From the NCBI GenBank assembly GCA_903898645.1, contig CAIUGE010000037.1:2055-66054 (forward strand): DNA of 64,000 nt, read 5' to 3'. The stretch is from Oligoflexia bacterium. Its GTDB lineage: Bacteria; Bdellovibrionota; UBA1018. Below, in pieces: positions 51,082 to 61,673 of the stretch; position 1 is the stretch's first letter; the number at the start of each line of letters is the position of its first letter. A program made the position numbers and the translations under genes. The notes beneath the pieces were generated by a model, which worked only from the letters and a program-made list of their open reading frames with translations, had not been told where the DNA came from and ran no database searches.

Positions 51082-52135
51082 GATTTATCGTTATATTTTA
51101 AGTGAGATCAGCGGCGTTTTCTTTGGCGCGCTTATTTTTATTGTCTTCATTCTCCTGATGTTTCAAGTTCTGAGACTTTCGGAATTTTTTATTGTCAATG
51201 GCGCAAAAGCATCACTTTTAGCACAGGTAGCAATTCATCTCTGTTTGTCTTTTTTGCCAACAGCACTACCATTGGCATTTCTTATTGCTATTTTGACAGC
51301 TTTTGGACGTCTTTCTGGGGATTCTGAGCTTATTGCACTGCGTGCATGTGGCGTGAGTGGCCTCCAGCTTGCGTTACCTGGATTTGGTTTTTCCTTATTT
51401 GTGATGCTCGTGACTTTTTTTGTTAATCAGCACTTAGTTCCTTGGGGTGAGAAACAGGCAAAAATCGCGCAGGTAAAAATCTCAAATTCCCGTGCTGTTC
51501 AGGCAATTAAGCCGGGAACTTTTACGGAAGGTTTTTTTGATCTTTTGATTTTTGCGGATAAAGTTGATCACGAACGGTTATTTAGAGTTTTCATCTATGA
51601 TGGGCGGCAGGCAAAAAATCCCATGACCTATGTTGCCCGTGAGGCTGAGATTATTCCAGTTAAATCACATTCCGAGCTTGGGGCTGCTATTATGTTGCGT
51701 CTGCATGATGGCAGCTTGCATCACAATAATATGCATGAGTTTAGCTATGAAAAGGTGGATTTTACTACCTACCTGCTTCATTTGCAAATTCATGAAGGTA
51801 AGGAAGGCGCTATGCTTAAGCCGAGCATGCTGAGTGGTCATGAGGTACACATGCGACTACGTGAGCGCCCAATCCTTATTGAGTATTGGAGACGTATTGC
51901 CACTGCTATCACGCCAGTTCTTTTCGTCCCTATTGGTGTTGGCTTTGGCTCTTACCGTACGAGAACAGCCCGTTCTGGTGCGATCCTTATTGCACTCCTT
52001 GTCATGAGTGTCTATTGGACGCTTCAGACCTGGAGTATTGGTCTTGCACGCGATTCCTTCCCTCCGTTTCTCGCTATGAATATACCGAATGTGGCTATAT
52101 TATTGATCGGTCTTCTTGGTCTCTTGCGGACGTGA
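51071..52135 (+). CDS. LptF/LptG-family LPS export permease
   Basis: MPTRIYRYILSEI N-terminus is typical of YjgP/YjgQ. 6 TM segments plus a periplasmic domain. Confidence 0.6.
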   Translation: MPTRIYRYILSEISGVFFGALIFIVFILLMFQVLRLSEFFIVNGAKASLLAQVAIHLCLSFLPTALPLAFLIAILTAFGRLSGDSELIALRACGVSGLQLALPGFGFSLFVMLVTFFVNQHLVPWGEKQAKIAQVKISNSRAVQAIKPGTFTEGFFDLLIFADKVDHERLFRVFIYDGRQAKNPMTYVAREAEIIPVKSHSELGAAIMLRLHDGSLHHNNMHEFSYEKVDFTTYLLHLQIHEGKEGAMLKPSMLSGHEVHMRLRERPILIEYWRRIATAITPVLFVPIGVGFGSYRTRTARSGAILIALLVMSVYWTLQTWSIGLARDSFPPFLAMNIPNVAILLIGLLGLLRT

Positions 52136-52963
52136 TGGGAGTGGTCCAAAAGGCCGATCATCGCTGCATAGTGTGTCACCCAGAGTGAGTGTTGGAATGC
52201 CTGATGGTGTTGATGTTACTTGCATATGATCTGCCATCAGGACATAGCTGCCCCCACGGACACTGACGCTGAGAGCTTCTGCATCAGAAGACTGAAAGCA
52301 AATATGTTTTACAGCCTTGAGGACGAGTGCACGTCCAGCACGGACAATAAACTTGCGCGCTGGACGATCATCAATCTGGTAACGCACCCAAACATCTTCA
52401 TGCATCTTGAATGCAAGCTTATAGGTCACAACGTTTGGGTCAAGTCCTGCACCTGAATCAAGGGGGTCTGCGGGTACGGGTATGACCACAGGGATTGGGC
52501 TTGGCGATGGGCTTGGTAATGGTATATGGAGTTCTTGAAGTTTCTCGATATTGCTTTTCTTGTGTTTCTGAAGCGACGGGCGGAGTATGAGCATTGCTCC
52601 CCCGCCTAAGATCAAGAAACTGAAGATAGCGATGGAGAGAATAAAACGATGCTGTTCGCCTTCTTTGCGTTCAAATGCATAGCCACTGTGGCCTGCTTCT
52701 CGATTCGGGCGCTCTGCAGAGCGCAGCTCAATATAGGGATCGAAGCGTGCAAGGACTGCTCGGGTATCAAGTCCTAAGAATCGAGCATAGGATGTTACAA
52801 AGCCGCGGACAAAGGTCCTTGCTGGTAATTCGGCATAATGATCTGATTCGAGTGCATGCAGGAGGCGTACTCCAATTTTTGTTGCTGAAGCTACCTGCTC
52901 AATAGAAAGCTGTCTTTCTTCACGTTCATGGCGAAGAAAATCACCTAGGGATTCTTGATTCAT
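52100..52963 (-). CDS. rodZ: Cytoskeleton protein RodZ-like (HTH_XRE + TM + C-terminal domain)
   Basis: N-terminal HTH region ...LPARTFVRGFVTSYARFLGLD is present. Confidence 0.7.
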   Translation of the reverse strand: MNQESLGDFLRHEREERQLSIEQVASATKIGVRLLHALESDHYAELPARTFVRGFVTSYARFLGLDTRAVLARFDPYIELRSAERPNREAGHSGYAFERKEGEQHRFILSIAIFSFLILGGGAMLILRPSLQKHKKSNIEKLQELHIPLPSPSPSPIPVVIPVPADPLDSGAGLDPNVVTYKLAFKMHEDVWVRYQIDDRPARKFIVRAGRALVLKAVKHICFQSSDAEALSVSVRGGSYVLMADHMQVTSTPSGIPTLTLGDTLCSDDRPFGPLPSRPQETKKTDQ

Positions 52964-53733
52964 GGAAGCTCCTTGAGCTTTTCCATTGCTTGATCTGCAT
53001 GCTCCGGGTAGAGTTTTTGAATTTCTAAAAATGTTTTTCGTGCAAGTTCAAATTGTTTATTTTTGGTCAATGCAATGCCAAGTGCAACTTTTGCATCCCC
53101 GATCTTCGCGCATCCGCGTATGGACGCTTGCTGGTAATTGCGAATTGCATCCTTGAACGCCTCTGCCCGGAGGGCGATATGCCCAAGGTAGTAATGAGCC
53201 AAACACGCCTTGTTGGGTGAGGCCACAAGAGCCTCTTGGAGAAATTTTTTTGCCTCGGCATCATGCTCAAGACGGTAATTGATCACACCCAGGTTGATCC
53301 AAGCCTTAAAGCTATCACGATATAAATGGTCCTTAGTGACGCTCAGGAGATCAACTTGAGCATCCTGGTAGCGTCCAAGATCCATAAGGATTTTACCACG
53401 TGTGACTTTGGCTTCTGTATAGCTTGGTGCAAGTGAAAGCGCCTTATTCACGTGGAGGAGGGCGCTTTCATAATCTCTCTTGCCATGCAGAGCGATCGCT
53501 TCAGAATGGTAGATTTCAGGGAGTTCAGGATCAAGTGCTTTGGCCTCGCTGAGGGTCTGGAGTGCGCCAACGCCATCGCCTTCCATAAGGGAGCTATTTG
53601 CAATATCAACAAGGAGGCGCGCTTTTTGATGAGCACTGAGCTGTTTAGGTGGTGACACGCAAGCGACGAGCAGTAGAAGGTAGTACAAAAAGGCCTCCTG
53701 TTTCAACATGATGTGTTTGAGGAAAGAAATCAA
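52960..53733 (-). CDS. TPR-repeat lipoprotein (PilW/PilF-like)
   Basis: Lipobox-like LLVACVS is present. It has multiple TPR repeats and lies adjacent to rodZ. Confidence 0.5.
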   Translation of the reverse strand: MISFLKHIMLKQEAFLYYLLLLVACVSPPKQLSAHQKARLLVDIANSSLMEGDGVGALQTLSEAKALDPELPEIYHSEAIALHGKRDYESALLHVNKALSLAPSYTEAKVTRGKILMDLGRYQDAQVDLLSVTKDHLYRDSFKAWINLGVINYRLEHDAEAKKFLQEALVASPNKACLAHYYLGHIALRAEAFKDAIRNYQQASIRGCAKIGDAKVALGIALTKNKQFELARKTFLEIQKLYPEHADQAMEKLKELP

Positions 53734-54720
53734 TAATCAAGATGCTTGTGAGTGAGAATCCATGGGTAATAAGCATGGATGCATCCTTTGCAAAGGCAAT
53801 AGGGTCACATCCAATCAGTATAAAAGCTGAAATACTATCAAGATGCTTGAGAATGCAGGCAAGATCGCCACTGAGGCCAATGCGTGGGGGGTCGGCAATG
53901 ACAAGGCATGCATCATGTGGAGGGATCTTCCGTAAGGTCTTGCTGATGGGGCCTGCAATAAAGGTGCGATTTGCTTCCTGATCTTGTGGTACCGCCAGAT
54001 CGAGGCAGTAAGTATGCTTCACGAGACTTGTGATTTTATGCGTTAAATTTCCGCTCCCTCCATACAAGTCACAGCAAATTGTTTCGGGACTTATAAAGTC
54101 TGCGGCTTTGGTAGCTATCCACTGCTGGAGGACTTCATTTGCCTCTTGATTGATTTGGTGAAACGGCGGCGCCTGGCCAAGAATTTTCTCGCCCAGGTGG
54201 ACAGTGGGCTCTGTATGGAGACTTAAATTGCCAAGATGCACCTGGAGCGATTCATGCAGAACAGGGCATTCGTCTATAGCAATGACATCATGAGATCCTG
54301 CCGCATGAAAGCCATAGCGTCCATCGCTTCTGCGGTGGAGCTGTGCACGTGTACGGTATTTCCATGGTGCTAATGCAGGGTGGCATTCAACAGATGCAGG
54401 AGTCACCTTGCGGCGGGCCAAAGCATCTAGGACAGATCTTTTTTTCAGGGCAAACTGGTGCTCATAAGGAAGTGTCTGGAGTTGGCACCCACCACAGGAG
54501 CCAAAGTGAAGGCATCGCGGGGTTTGGCGAATTTCTGATGGTTGAATGATGTTCAGAAGCTCTGCCTCACAAAAACGTTTCTCAACGCGTGTGATGCGAG
54601 CGCGCACCTGATCGCCAGGAACAGTCAAGGGGATGAAGGTTACCATGCCATGTGTACGTGCGACGCCTTTACCCTCAAAGGAAAGATCAAGAATCGTGAA
54701 ATCTGCCTCTTCGCCCAGGT
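53645..54720 (-). CDS. rlmD: 23S rRNA (uracil-C5)-methyltransferase RlmD/RumA family (TRAM + Fe-S + MTase)
   Basis: TRAM domain ([17 protein letters not shown]) and cluster motif [13 protein letters not shown] are present. The start is uncertain; the track ORF runs to 55009, which would overlap lepA. Confidence 0.7.
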
Positions 54721-54763
54721 GTCTGGTGCAGGGTGGCTCAAGATCTGGTACGCTGGGTGCCAC

Positions 54764-56560
54764 ATGCCCAAAAATATTCGAAACTTTTGTATTATTGCTC
54801 ACATCGACCACGGTAAATCCACCCTTGCTGATCGCCTTCTTGAAGCAACCGGTACTGTAACGGCCCGGGAGATGGAGGCGCAGTTTTTGGACAGTATGGA
54901 TCTTGAGCGTGAACGGGGTATCACGATCAAGGCCCAAAGTGTACGCCTCTCCTACCAAGCACAAAATGGTTCCCAGTATATACTGAATCTGATCGACACT
55001 CCAGGCCATGTTGATTTTACTTATGAGGTTTCTCGGTCCCTTGCTGCTTGTGAGGGAGCAATTCTCGTTGTGGATGCATCCCAGGGAGTAGAAGCTCAGA
55101 CTCTGGCGAATGTTTTTCTGGCCCTTGATATTCAGCTGGAGGTTTTTCCTGCAATTAATAAAATTGATCTGCCATCAGCTGACCCTGATCGTGTTTTAGC
55201 TGAGATTGATTCTACAATTGGCTTGGTCGATACATCACATGCAGTTCTCTGTAGTGCAAAATCCGGTATTGGGATTAGCGAGATCTTAGAAGCGGTTGTG
55301 ACATACTTCCCTGCTCCCCGAGATACAGATTTCGAGCCTTTACGGGCTTTGATTTTTGATAGTTGGTTTGATCCTTACCAAGGGGTTGTTGCTTTATGCC
55401 GCGTTTTTGATGGTGTGATTACCAAAGGTGCAAAGATTCGTCTTTTCCATGTCGGATGCGTTTTTGAGGTGCAGCGCGTCGGGGTTTTCTCTCCAAAATT
55501 TACAGAAGTTTCGTCACTTGCAAGTGGTGAAGTGGGTGCTGTGATCTGTGGCATCAAAGACGTTCGTGATATGAAAGTTGGCGACACTATTATGGCGGCC
55601 GATGCCCAAGGCATTGAGCCTCTTGCGGGCTTTAAGGAAGTCAAGCCTATGGTCTTTTGCGGGGTTTATCCTATCAATGCAGAAGATTATAATCACCTGA
55701 AAGAGGCGCTCGAAAAGTTACAGCTTAATGATGCAGCTGTTAGTTGGGAGCCTGAAACATCCAATGCCTTAGGGTTTGGCTTTCGTTGTGGGTTCTTAGG
55801 TCTTTTGCACATGGACGTCGTCCAGGAAAGACTTGAGCGGGAGTACGGGCTGAATTTGATTACAACAGCTCCTTCAGTTGTGTACCGCGTTGTGACAACA
55901 GATGGAGCTGAACTCCACATTGATAATCCATCAAAATTGCCTGATCTTACTAAGATTGTTCGTATTGAGGAGCCGATGATCAGGCTGACACTCCATTTGC
56001 CTTCCGTGTATGTGGGGGCCGTTATGAGCCTTTGCAATGATAGACGGGGGACGCAGGAGAAGTTGGATTATCTGGGCACGGATCGCGTCACACTTGTCTA
56101 CGGTATGCCACTCAATGAGATGGTCTTTGATTTTTATGATCGCCTAAAAAGTGCAACAAAGGGCTATGCTTCCATGGACTATGAGCTCTCAAGCTATGAA
56201 GTATCAGATCTTGTGAAGCTTGATATTCTTATCAATACAGAGCCTGTTGATGCTCTTTCCCTCATCATTCATCGGGATAAGGCAGCACATCGTGGGCGAG
56301 AATTAGCAAAAAAAATGAAGGAGCTGATCGATCGCCAGATGTTTGATATTTCCATTCAAGCAGCTATTGGCACAAAGATCGTTGCACGTGAAAGTATTTC
56401 GGCATTGCGTAAGAATGTGACGGCCAAGTGCTATGGGGGGGATATTAGCCGTAAACGTAAACTTCTGGAGAAGCAAAAAGAGGGTAAGAAGCGCATGAAG
56501 CAAATTGGGTCTGTTGAAATCCCTCAAGAGGCTTTTTTGGCTGTCTTAAAAGTTGAATAA
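54764..56560 (+). CDS. lepA: Elongation factor 4
   Basis: [20 protein letters not shown] is present. The C-terminal LepA domain is present. Confidence 0.9.
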   Translation: MPKNIRNFCIIAHIDHGKSTLADRLLEATGTVTAREMEAQFLDSMDLERERGITIKAQSVRLSYQAQNGSQYILNLIDTPGHVDFTYEVSRSLAACEGAILVVDASQGVEAQTLANVFLALDIQLEVFPAINKIDLPSADPDRVLAEIDSTIGLVDTSHAVLCSAKSGIGISEILEAVVTYFPAPRDTDFEPLRALIFDSWFDPYQGVVALCRVFDGVITKGAKIRLFHVGCVFEVQRVGVFSPKFTEVSSLASGEVGAVICGIKDVRDMKVGDTIMAADAQGIEPLAGFKEVKPMVFCGVYPINAEDYNHLKEALEKLQLNDAAVSWEPETSNALGFGFRCGFLGLLHMDVVQERLEREYGLNLITTAPSVVYRVVTTDGAELHIDNPSKLPDLTKIVRIEEPMIRLTLHLPSVYVGAVMSLCNDRRGTQEKLDYLGTDRVTLVYGMPLNEMVFDFYDRLKSATKGYASMDYELSSYEVSDLVKLDILINTEPVDALSLIIHRDKAAHRGRELAKKMKELIDRQMFDISIQAAIGTKIVARESISALRKNVTAKCYGGDISRKRKLLEKQKEGKKRMKQIGSVEIPQEAFLAVLKVE

Positions 56561-57142
56561 ATGCGGTTTTTTTATACAGTCCTGCCTCTCGTGCTAGCGT
56601 CGATGTGCGCTCTTATGGTTACCTGTTTTTTTGGGTCCGTCTATAAGCTCACAACAGACGCCTTTTTTCCAACTTTTTTACCTGGAGATGTTATCTGGGT
56701 GTCAAAACATATGGTGTTTGAACGTGGCCATGTGATCGTTTTTGAGCACCAGGGTGCGCCTCTCGTTCGGCGCATCCTTGCTTTACCAGGTGACAGGGTT
56801 ATGAGAGATGCATCGGGTCTGCGGGTCAATGGCAGGCTTCTTCATGGTGCAGGCAAAAAACTCGGACAATTAATGTGCTATCAGGAATTGGCCTACTGCG
56901 TCTGTGAGAAGGATGTGAGGCCGGAGCCGTCCTTTCGTGTCCCTTCGGGCCATTTCTATGTAGCACCAGATTTGCGCACTGCATCCAATTCGTTTTTGCT
57001 TCCCATGGAGAGTGCTCTTGGTGAAGCCAAGACAGTCCTTTTCTCACTCCAGATAGCCAGTGCATGGATCCAAGAGGAAGAGAAATTTTTACGACATCGC
57101 TTTTTCGTTCCACTTCCGTCCTTGACTTGTGCTGGTGGTTGA
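56561..57142 (+). CDS. Signal peptidase I homolog with substituted catalytic residues
   Basis: It aligns to SPase I box B (DSMYPTL) as DAFFPTF and to box D (VKRIIGLPGD) as VRRILALPGD. Ser is replaced by Ala and Lys by Arg. Confidence 0.55.
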   Translation: MRFFYTVLPLVLASMCALMVTCFFGSVYKLTTDAFFPTFLPGDVIWVSKHMVFERGHVIVFEHQGAPLVRRILALPGDRVMRDASGLRVNGRLLHGAGKKLGQLMCYQELAYCVCEKDVRPEPSFRVPSGHFYVAPDLRTASNSFLLPMESALGEAKTVLFSLQIASAWIQEEEKFLRHRFFVPLPSLTCAGG

Positions 57143-57156
57143 CTAGAGTTTCAGGC

Positions 57157-57798
57157 ATGTATCAAAAGTATCTTGAGCCCATCATTGAGGATTTTACGAC
57201 AGGCGAGTACTATCGCGAAGTTTATAACGCGAAGCAAGAATACTTTGAGAAAGCAGGGATTGTGTATGAAGATGACCCTGAGTTTGAGCAAAGAATGTGT
57301 ATTTTTATGGACTGGTACCTCTTTGATCGGGACCTGCCTGGGGTAGATCTACCTCCTATCAAGTATTTTTTCCGTAAAAATAAGGACCGTTTTTCAAGTG
57401 AAGAGCTTGAAATCTATCGTGACTTTTGCTCCACGATACACTCACTCTTCCGGCTTAAGCGCTTCAGTTTGCGTCGTCGGGGACTTGTGATCGTGGATCT
57501 TTTTTCGTCAAAAACCCATATGCTTCACGAAGCAGATATTCAAAAAGGATTTGCTCCTGGAGATATTTTTGAGGCCCGCATCATGCCATTCCAGGGTGCC
57601 TATGAATTTTCTCGTGGCTTCTGTTTTCATCCTTCAGAAGTTGAGTCATTCATTCTTAAAGAAATAAAAAAAGTCAGGTTTCAAGACAAGCACCGTCAAA
57701 CAAAGCTCATTTTGCAGCTTGCTGCTATGAAGCTTAAGCATGCACGGTTCCCTCATATTGATATTCGGCACATATATAAATTCGACTCCCGCATTTAG
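57157..57798 (+). CDS. Hypothetical protein (213 aa)
   Basis: ORF from the internal ATG just after the previous stop. No motif recognised. Confidence 0.5.
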   Translation: MYQKYLEPIIEDFTTGEYYREVYNAKQEYFEKAGIVYEDDPEFEQRMCIFMDWYLFDRDLPGVDLPPIKYFFRKNKDRFSSEELEIYRDFCSTIHSLFRLKRFSLRRRGLVIVDLFSSKTHMLHEADIQKGFAPGDIFEARIMPFQGAYEFSRGFCFHPSEVESFILKEIKKVRFQDKHRQTKLILQLAAMKLKHARFPHIDIRHIYKFDSRI

Positions 57799-57940
57799 AT
57801 GCAGCGCGCATGACACAGTTCAAGGTCCGTGTACGTTTTTGCTAAAAAAATCTTGCATATCTTCCGAATGTAATTCTAAATATAGTAATCTAGGTAATGT
57901 TATCTAGGTATCGATACATTCAATTGAATAAGGAGATTTT

Positions 57941-58192
57941 ATGACCAGACTTTTGTTCGCATTACTCGCAGCCACAATGATGGTATCCTCAAACGTTTCA
58001 TTTGCTGTGGAAGGCGAAGCAGCGCCAGCGCCAGCGCCAGCGCCAGCACCAGCAGTAGCTGAGTCAGCACCAGCACCGGTATCTGAGCCAGCACCAGCAG
58101 GAGAAACAACAGAGCACAAAAAACATCATGGCAAGAAGCATTCGAAGCATAAGAAGCCGCATCATTCAGAAGCAGCAGCAGCAACACCGTAG
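57941..58192 (+). CDS. Small secreted protein with (AP)n repeats and a His/Lys-rich C-terminus
   Basis: RBS AAGGAGA is present. Signal peptide is present. HKKHHGKKHSKHKKPHH is present. A terminator-like hairpin follows. Confidence 0.6.
   Translation: MTRLLFALLAATMMVSSNVSFAVEGEAAPAPAPAPAPAVAESAPAPVSEPAPAGETTEHKKHHGKKHSKHKKPHHSEAAAATP
58023..58056. repeat. (GCGCCA)5-like hexanucleotide microsatellite encoding APAPAPAP
   Basis: Directly visible in the sequence. Confidence 0.8.
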
Positions 58193-58217
58193 TCATTATT
58201 CCATGATACGTGGTAGA

Positions 58218-58246
58218 CCCTCAGGTGAAAGCCTGGGGGTTTTTTT
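58218..58246 (+). terminator. Rho-independent terminator-like hairpin (ccctcagg-tgaaag-cctggggg) followed by T7
   Basis: Read from the sequence. One mismatch in the stem. Confidence 0.45.
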
Positions 58247-59224
58247 ATGGCACGGATCACACTTATTAAATTACGGGCACTAGGTGACACAGTGCTTCTT
58301 ACAAGCTCGATCCAGAGACTCCTTGAGGCTACCGACCTTGAGATTGATGTACTGGTGCCAGCGCCTTTTCGTGAACTGCTTGAAAACTATGATCCGCGGG
58401 TGCAGGTACTGGATCTTCCCTATGGGTATAGAGACTTACTTCGCACTGGTAGGGCTCTTGCTCGGCGCAAGCCTGCATATGTGTGCGCGCTGCATGCACA
58501 GAGCCGTTCTGCCATTCTTGCGTGGCTGAGTGGCGCCAGGATGAGAAGTATCCATGTACACAGCGCGACAAAAAAACACTTTCTTGCTACCTGTCATATA
58601 CCTGAGCAGGGCATTGCTAAAAATATTTTATTGCGGGATGGAGCTGCCTTAGATGCATTGGGTCTGCCAGGGAAGCAGAAGATGCCACAGCTGCATGCGG
58701 AGAAAGCGCTTGTTCCAGAGCCATCTTTGATGCTGGGTTTGGGTGCAAGCCGCAGCACCAAGGCATGGGGTTTGTTGCATTTTGTACAGGCAGCGCGCCT
58801 TTGGCAGGCAAGGACCAAAGGGACAGTGTTTTTTATCACAGGTCCTGGAGAAGAAGACATGCGTGCTGCATTTCAAGCGCTCATGCCTGAAGCGCATGCT
58901 ATACATGGTTCATTGAGCTATTGTGCTTCTATGCTTCAGGCTGCCTCTGTTTTTTTAGGGAATGACTCAGGACCTCGGCATATGGCTGCTAGTCTCGGCG
59001 TGCCGACAGTGACCCTCTTTGGGCCTGAAAACCCTACTGAGTGGCATCCCTATGATAGGGCGAAGCACCCCGTATTTTTTCTGGCAGATCTTCCTTGCCG
59101 CATGGTACATAGCTCTGGCGATTTGCCTTGGTGTGGTATCCCTCTATGTGTACGTGAGCAACATCGCTGTATGCAGTTTGATCCCAAAGATGTTGCAGAA
59201 GTAGTTATAAAGGTGATGCGTTGA
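58247..59224 (+). CDS. GT9 glycosyltransferase (LPS heptosyltransferase family)
   Basis: MARITLIKLRALGDTVLLTS N-terminus is present. Confidence 0.7.
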   Translation: MARITLIKLRALGDTVLLTSSIQRLLEATDLEIDVLVPAPFRELLENYDPRVQVLDLPYGYRDLLRTGRALARRKPAYVCALHAQSRSAILAWLSGARMRSIHVHSATKKHFLATCHIPEQGIAKNILLRDGAALDALGLPGKQKMPQLHAEKALVPEPSLMLGLGASRSTKAWGLLHFVQAARLWQARTKGTVFFITGPGEEDMRAAFQALMPEAHAIHGSLSYCASMLQAASVFLGNDSGPRHMAASLGVPTVTLFGPENPTEWHPYDRAKHPVFFLADLPCRMVHSSGDLPWCGIPLCVREQHRCMQFDPKDVAEVVIKVMR

Positions 59225-60111
59225 GATTGTCAGGTTGTACGCTCGTGCGTCATGGTGAAAAATTTGAGTACCCTTATCTAGAATCGCTCGCATCCTTAGC
59301 CCCACTTGTGGATGAGCTTGTTGTGAATGTTGGCAGAGGATTTGATGCAACGCTTCAAAATGTGCAGGCACTGCCCTATCAGCATATGCGTATCATTGAG
59401 CGTGATTGGCAAATCGATGTGCCTGAGAAGAAAAAAGGCGGACTGATTTTATCCGAGCAGACCAATGAGGCTTTGCATGCTTGTACAGGTGATTGGATCC
59501 TTTACCTGCAGGCAGATGAGATCCTGCATGAAAGAAATTATACTACCATCAGACAGGCCATTGAGCAGGCGCCGGCAACGACAGAGGCGTTTGTCTTCTC
59601 GTATGTCCACTTTTATGGGGACTACTCCATTGTGCAGGAAAGTCGCAGTGTGTACCGCCGTGAGGTTCGGCTTATTCGTGCAGGCCTTGCACACAGTGTT
59701 GGGGATGCTCAGTCTTTTAGGAAGCGAGATGGATCTAAGTTGAGGGCGCAGCTGATTGATGCTTCTATTTACCATTATGGATGGGTGCGTCATCAGACTG
59801 CTATGAAAGAAAAAACCTATTTTATGGATCAGCTCTACCATGGTGCGCCTACAGTTGAGGCGGAAAAAACAGGACAGCCTTATACCCAAGATAATTATCG
59901 CTACAAGCATATTTGGGGATTACGTTCTTTTCAGGGGACTCACCCTCTATGTATGCATAAGCGGATCGCGTCCCATGATGAGCGTTGGGCTGGACTCAAA
60001 GAGCCAATAGTGGTGAGTTTGCGTGATGTTGTAAAAATACTCCTCGATTTTTTTGAAAAACTCACTGGTATCAGGCTGTTTGAATACCGCAGCTATAAAC
60101 TGGTGCGGTAG
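59221..60111 (+). CDS. Glycosyltransferase-like protein (GT2-like fold, LPS core cluster)
   Basis: Fits the cluster context. An acidic DxD-like region is present. Confidence 0.45.
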   Translation: MRLSGCTLVRHGEKFEYPYLESLASLAPLVDELVVNVGRGFDATLQNVQALPYQHMRIIERDWQIDVPEKKKGGLILSEQTNEALHACTGDWILYLQADEILHERNYTTIRQAIEQAPATTEAFVFSYVHFYGDYSIVQESRSVYRREVRLIRAGLAHSVGDAQSFRKRDGSKLRAQLIDASIYHYGWVRHQTAMKEKTYFMDQLYHGAPTVEAEKTGQPYTQDNYRYKHIWGLRSFQGTHPLCMHKRIASHDERWAGLKEPIVVSLRDVVKILLDFFEKLTGIRLFEYRSYKLVR

Positions 60112-60860
60112 ATGCCATCCGGTGCCCACGTATAGGTTTTATTCAGTAAGAGTTCCTGGTAACGTGCTACTGTCGCTGGATTAGGCGTTCTCCTCGTATG
60201 CCATTGATGGAACTGGATGCATTTGCCTTTGGCGTTGGTGGCTTTTTTGCCCATATTGCGGAGTCTGATATAGATGTCACCGTCTTCGCCCCAGTAGGAG
60301 TTCTGATTTTCAGAGAATCCATTGACTGCGAAGATGTCAGAGCGCCATGCGCTCCAGTTGGATCCTAAAATATCGATAGCTTTGGTGTAGCCAAGGAGCA
60401 TTCTGAGAGGTTCTGGGAGTCTGAGGGCACGTTTGAGACCATGGGTTTCACCAATGAGGGCGCTATGGATGAGATGTCTCCAGGCAAGAGGGTCTGGTCT
60501 TTGGGACACTCGTCTGCCAAGGTCAACTCTTCGTCCACAGACAAAATGGTCTTTTTGTGCAAGCTTCAGATGATCTTCAACAAAATGTTTTTCTAGCAAA
60601 GTATCAGCATCGATAAAGAGAATATATTGGCTCTGCGCCACTCGAAGGGCTTCGTTGAGAATCTGGGCTTTTCGGTAGCCTTGATCTGGCTGCGTGAGGA
60701 ACTGGATATTGTGCTGTTTGCAGAGCATCTGAGTGCCATCTGAGGAGCCATCGTCTGCGACAATGATTGTGCTCGGTTGCACACTTTGAGCACGGATTGT
60801 TCCCAAAAGTTTTTCAAGTTCTCTTGCCTGATTGTAGGATGTAATAATCATTGTGGGCAT
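60093..60860 (-). CDS. GT2 glycosyltransferase
   Basis: IITSYNQAREL...IIVADDGSSDGT...FIDADT. Confidence 0.75.
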   Translation of the reverse strand: MPTMIITSYNQARELEKLLGTIRAQSVQPSTIIVADDGSSDGTQMLCKQHNIQFLTQPDQGYRKAQILNEALRVAQSQYILFIDADTLLEKHFVEDHLKLAQKDHFVCGRRVDLGRRVSQRPDPLAWRHLIHSALIGETHGLKRALRLPEPLRMLLGYTKAIDILGSNWSAWRSDIFAVNGFSENQNSYWGEDGDIYIRLRNMGKKATNAKGKCIQFHQWHTRRTPNPATVARYQELLLNKTYTWAPDGIYRTSL

Positions 60861-60914
60861 AGCATAGATCTAGCGTAGGATCGTGTTTTTGTGCAAGCTA
60901 TGGTATGAGGCCCT

Positions 60915-61673
60915 ATGCAGCTCAGTGTTACTATTATCACGCTCAATGAGGAAAAAACGATTGCGCGCGCGATTGCGAGTGTCGCCTTCGCCGATGAAGT
61001 CATTGTTATTGATGCAGGTAGTTGTGATCAAACAAGGGAGATAGCAGTCCGGCTTGGTGCACGCGTCTATCAAGAGCCCTGGCAGGGCTATGGGCAGCAG
61101 AAGAATAAGGCGCAGAGGAGAGCTCAGGGTGTCTGGGTGCTTAACATTGATGCCGATGAAGTCGTTTCAGAAGTATTGGCACAGGAGATCCAAGCCGCTA
61201 TGCACTCTGATTGTGTGGGATTTTCTCTCCCTCGGCGCACCTATATGGGAAAAAAATGGATTGCACATGGGGGCTGGTACCCTAATTACCTTGTGCGACT
61301 TGCAAGGCGTGAACTGAGTCAATGGACAGAGCCGGCAGTCCATGAGTCACTTGAAGTGCAAGGACAGATTGGTCGTCTTCTGTCTCCTTTGGATCATTAT
61401 GGTTTTAGTGGTTTTGCATCTCAGGTTGAGACAAATCTCCGTTTTGCGCGTCTTGGTGCGCAGGATCTTGCGAGGAGGGGTGCTCGAGGTGGGATAACCC
61501 TCCTTCTTTTGAAGCCTTTGGGAAAATTTATCGAAACATATATCCTTAAACGCGGGTTCTTGGATGGATTGGCTGGATTTATTATTGCCGTCAACGCGTC
61601 GTACAGTATGTTTTTGAAATATGCATTTTTATTGGAAGAGAGGGCTCTTTGGTATGCAGATTCTGATTCTTGA
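60915..61673 (+). CDS. GT2 glycosyltransferase (WaaE/KdtX-like)
   Basis: VTIITLNEEKTI...VIVIDAGSCDQT...NIDADE. Confidence 0.75.
   Translation: MQLSVTIITLNEEKTIARAIASVAFADEVIVIDAGSCDQTREIAVRLGARVYQEPWQGYGQQKNKAQRRAQGVWVLNIDADEVVSEVLAQEIQAAMHSDCVGFSLPRRTYMGKKWIAHGGWYPNYLVRLARRELSQWTEPAVHESLEVQGQIGRLLSPLDHYGFSGFASQVETNLRFARLGAQDLARRGARGGITLLLLKPLGKFIETYILKRGFLDGLAGFIIAVNASYSMFLKYAFLLEERALWYADSDS

Noticed and set aside
57064-57156. N-terminal 31 codons of track ORF 57064..57798
   Set aside because: It overlaps the end of the lepB-like gene. The internal ATG at 57157 just after that stop is the likelier start.
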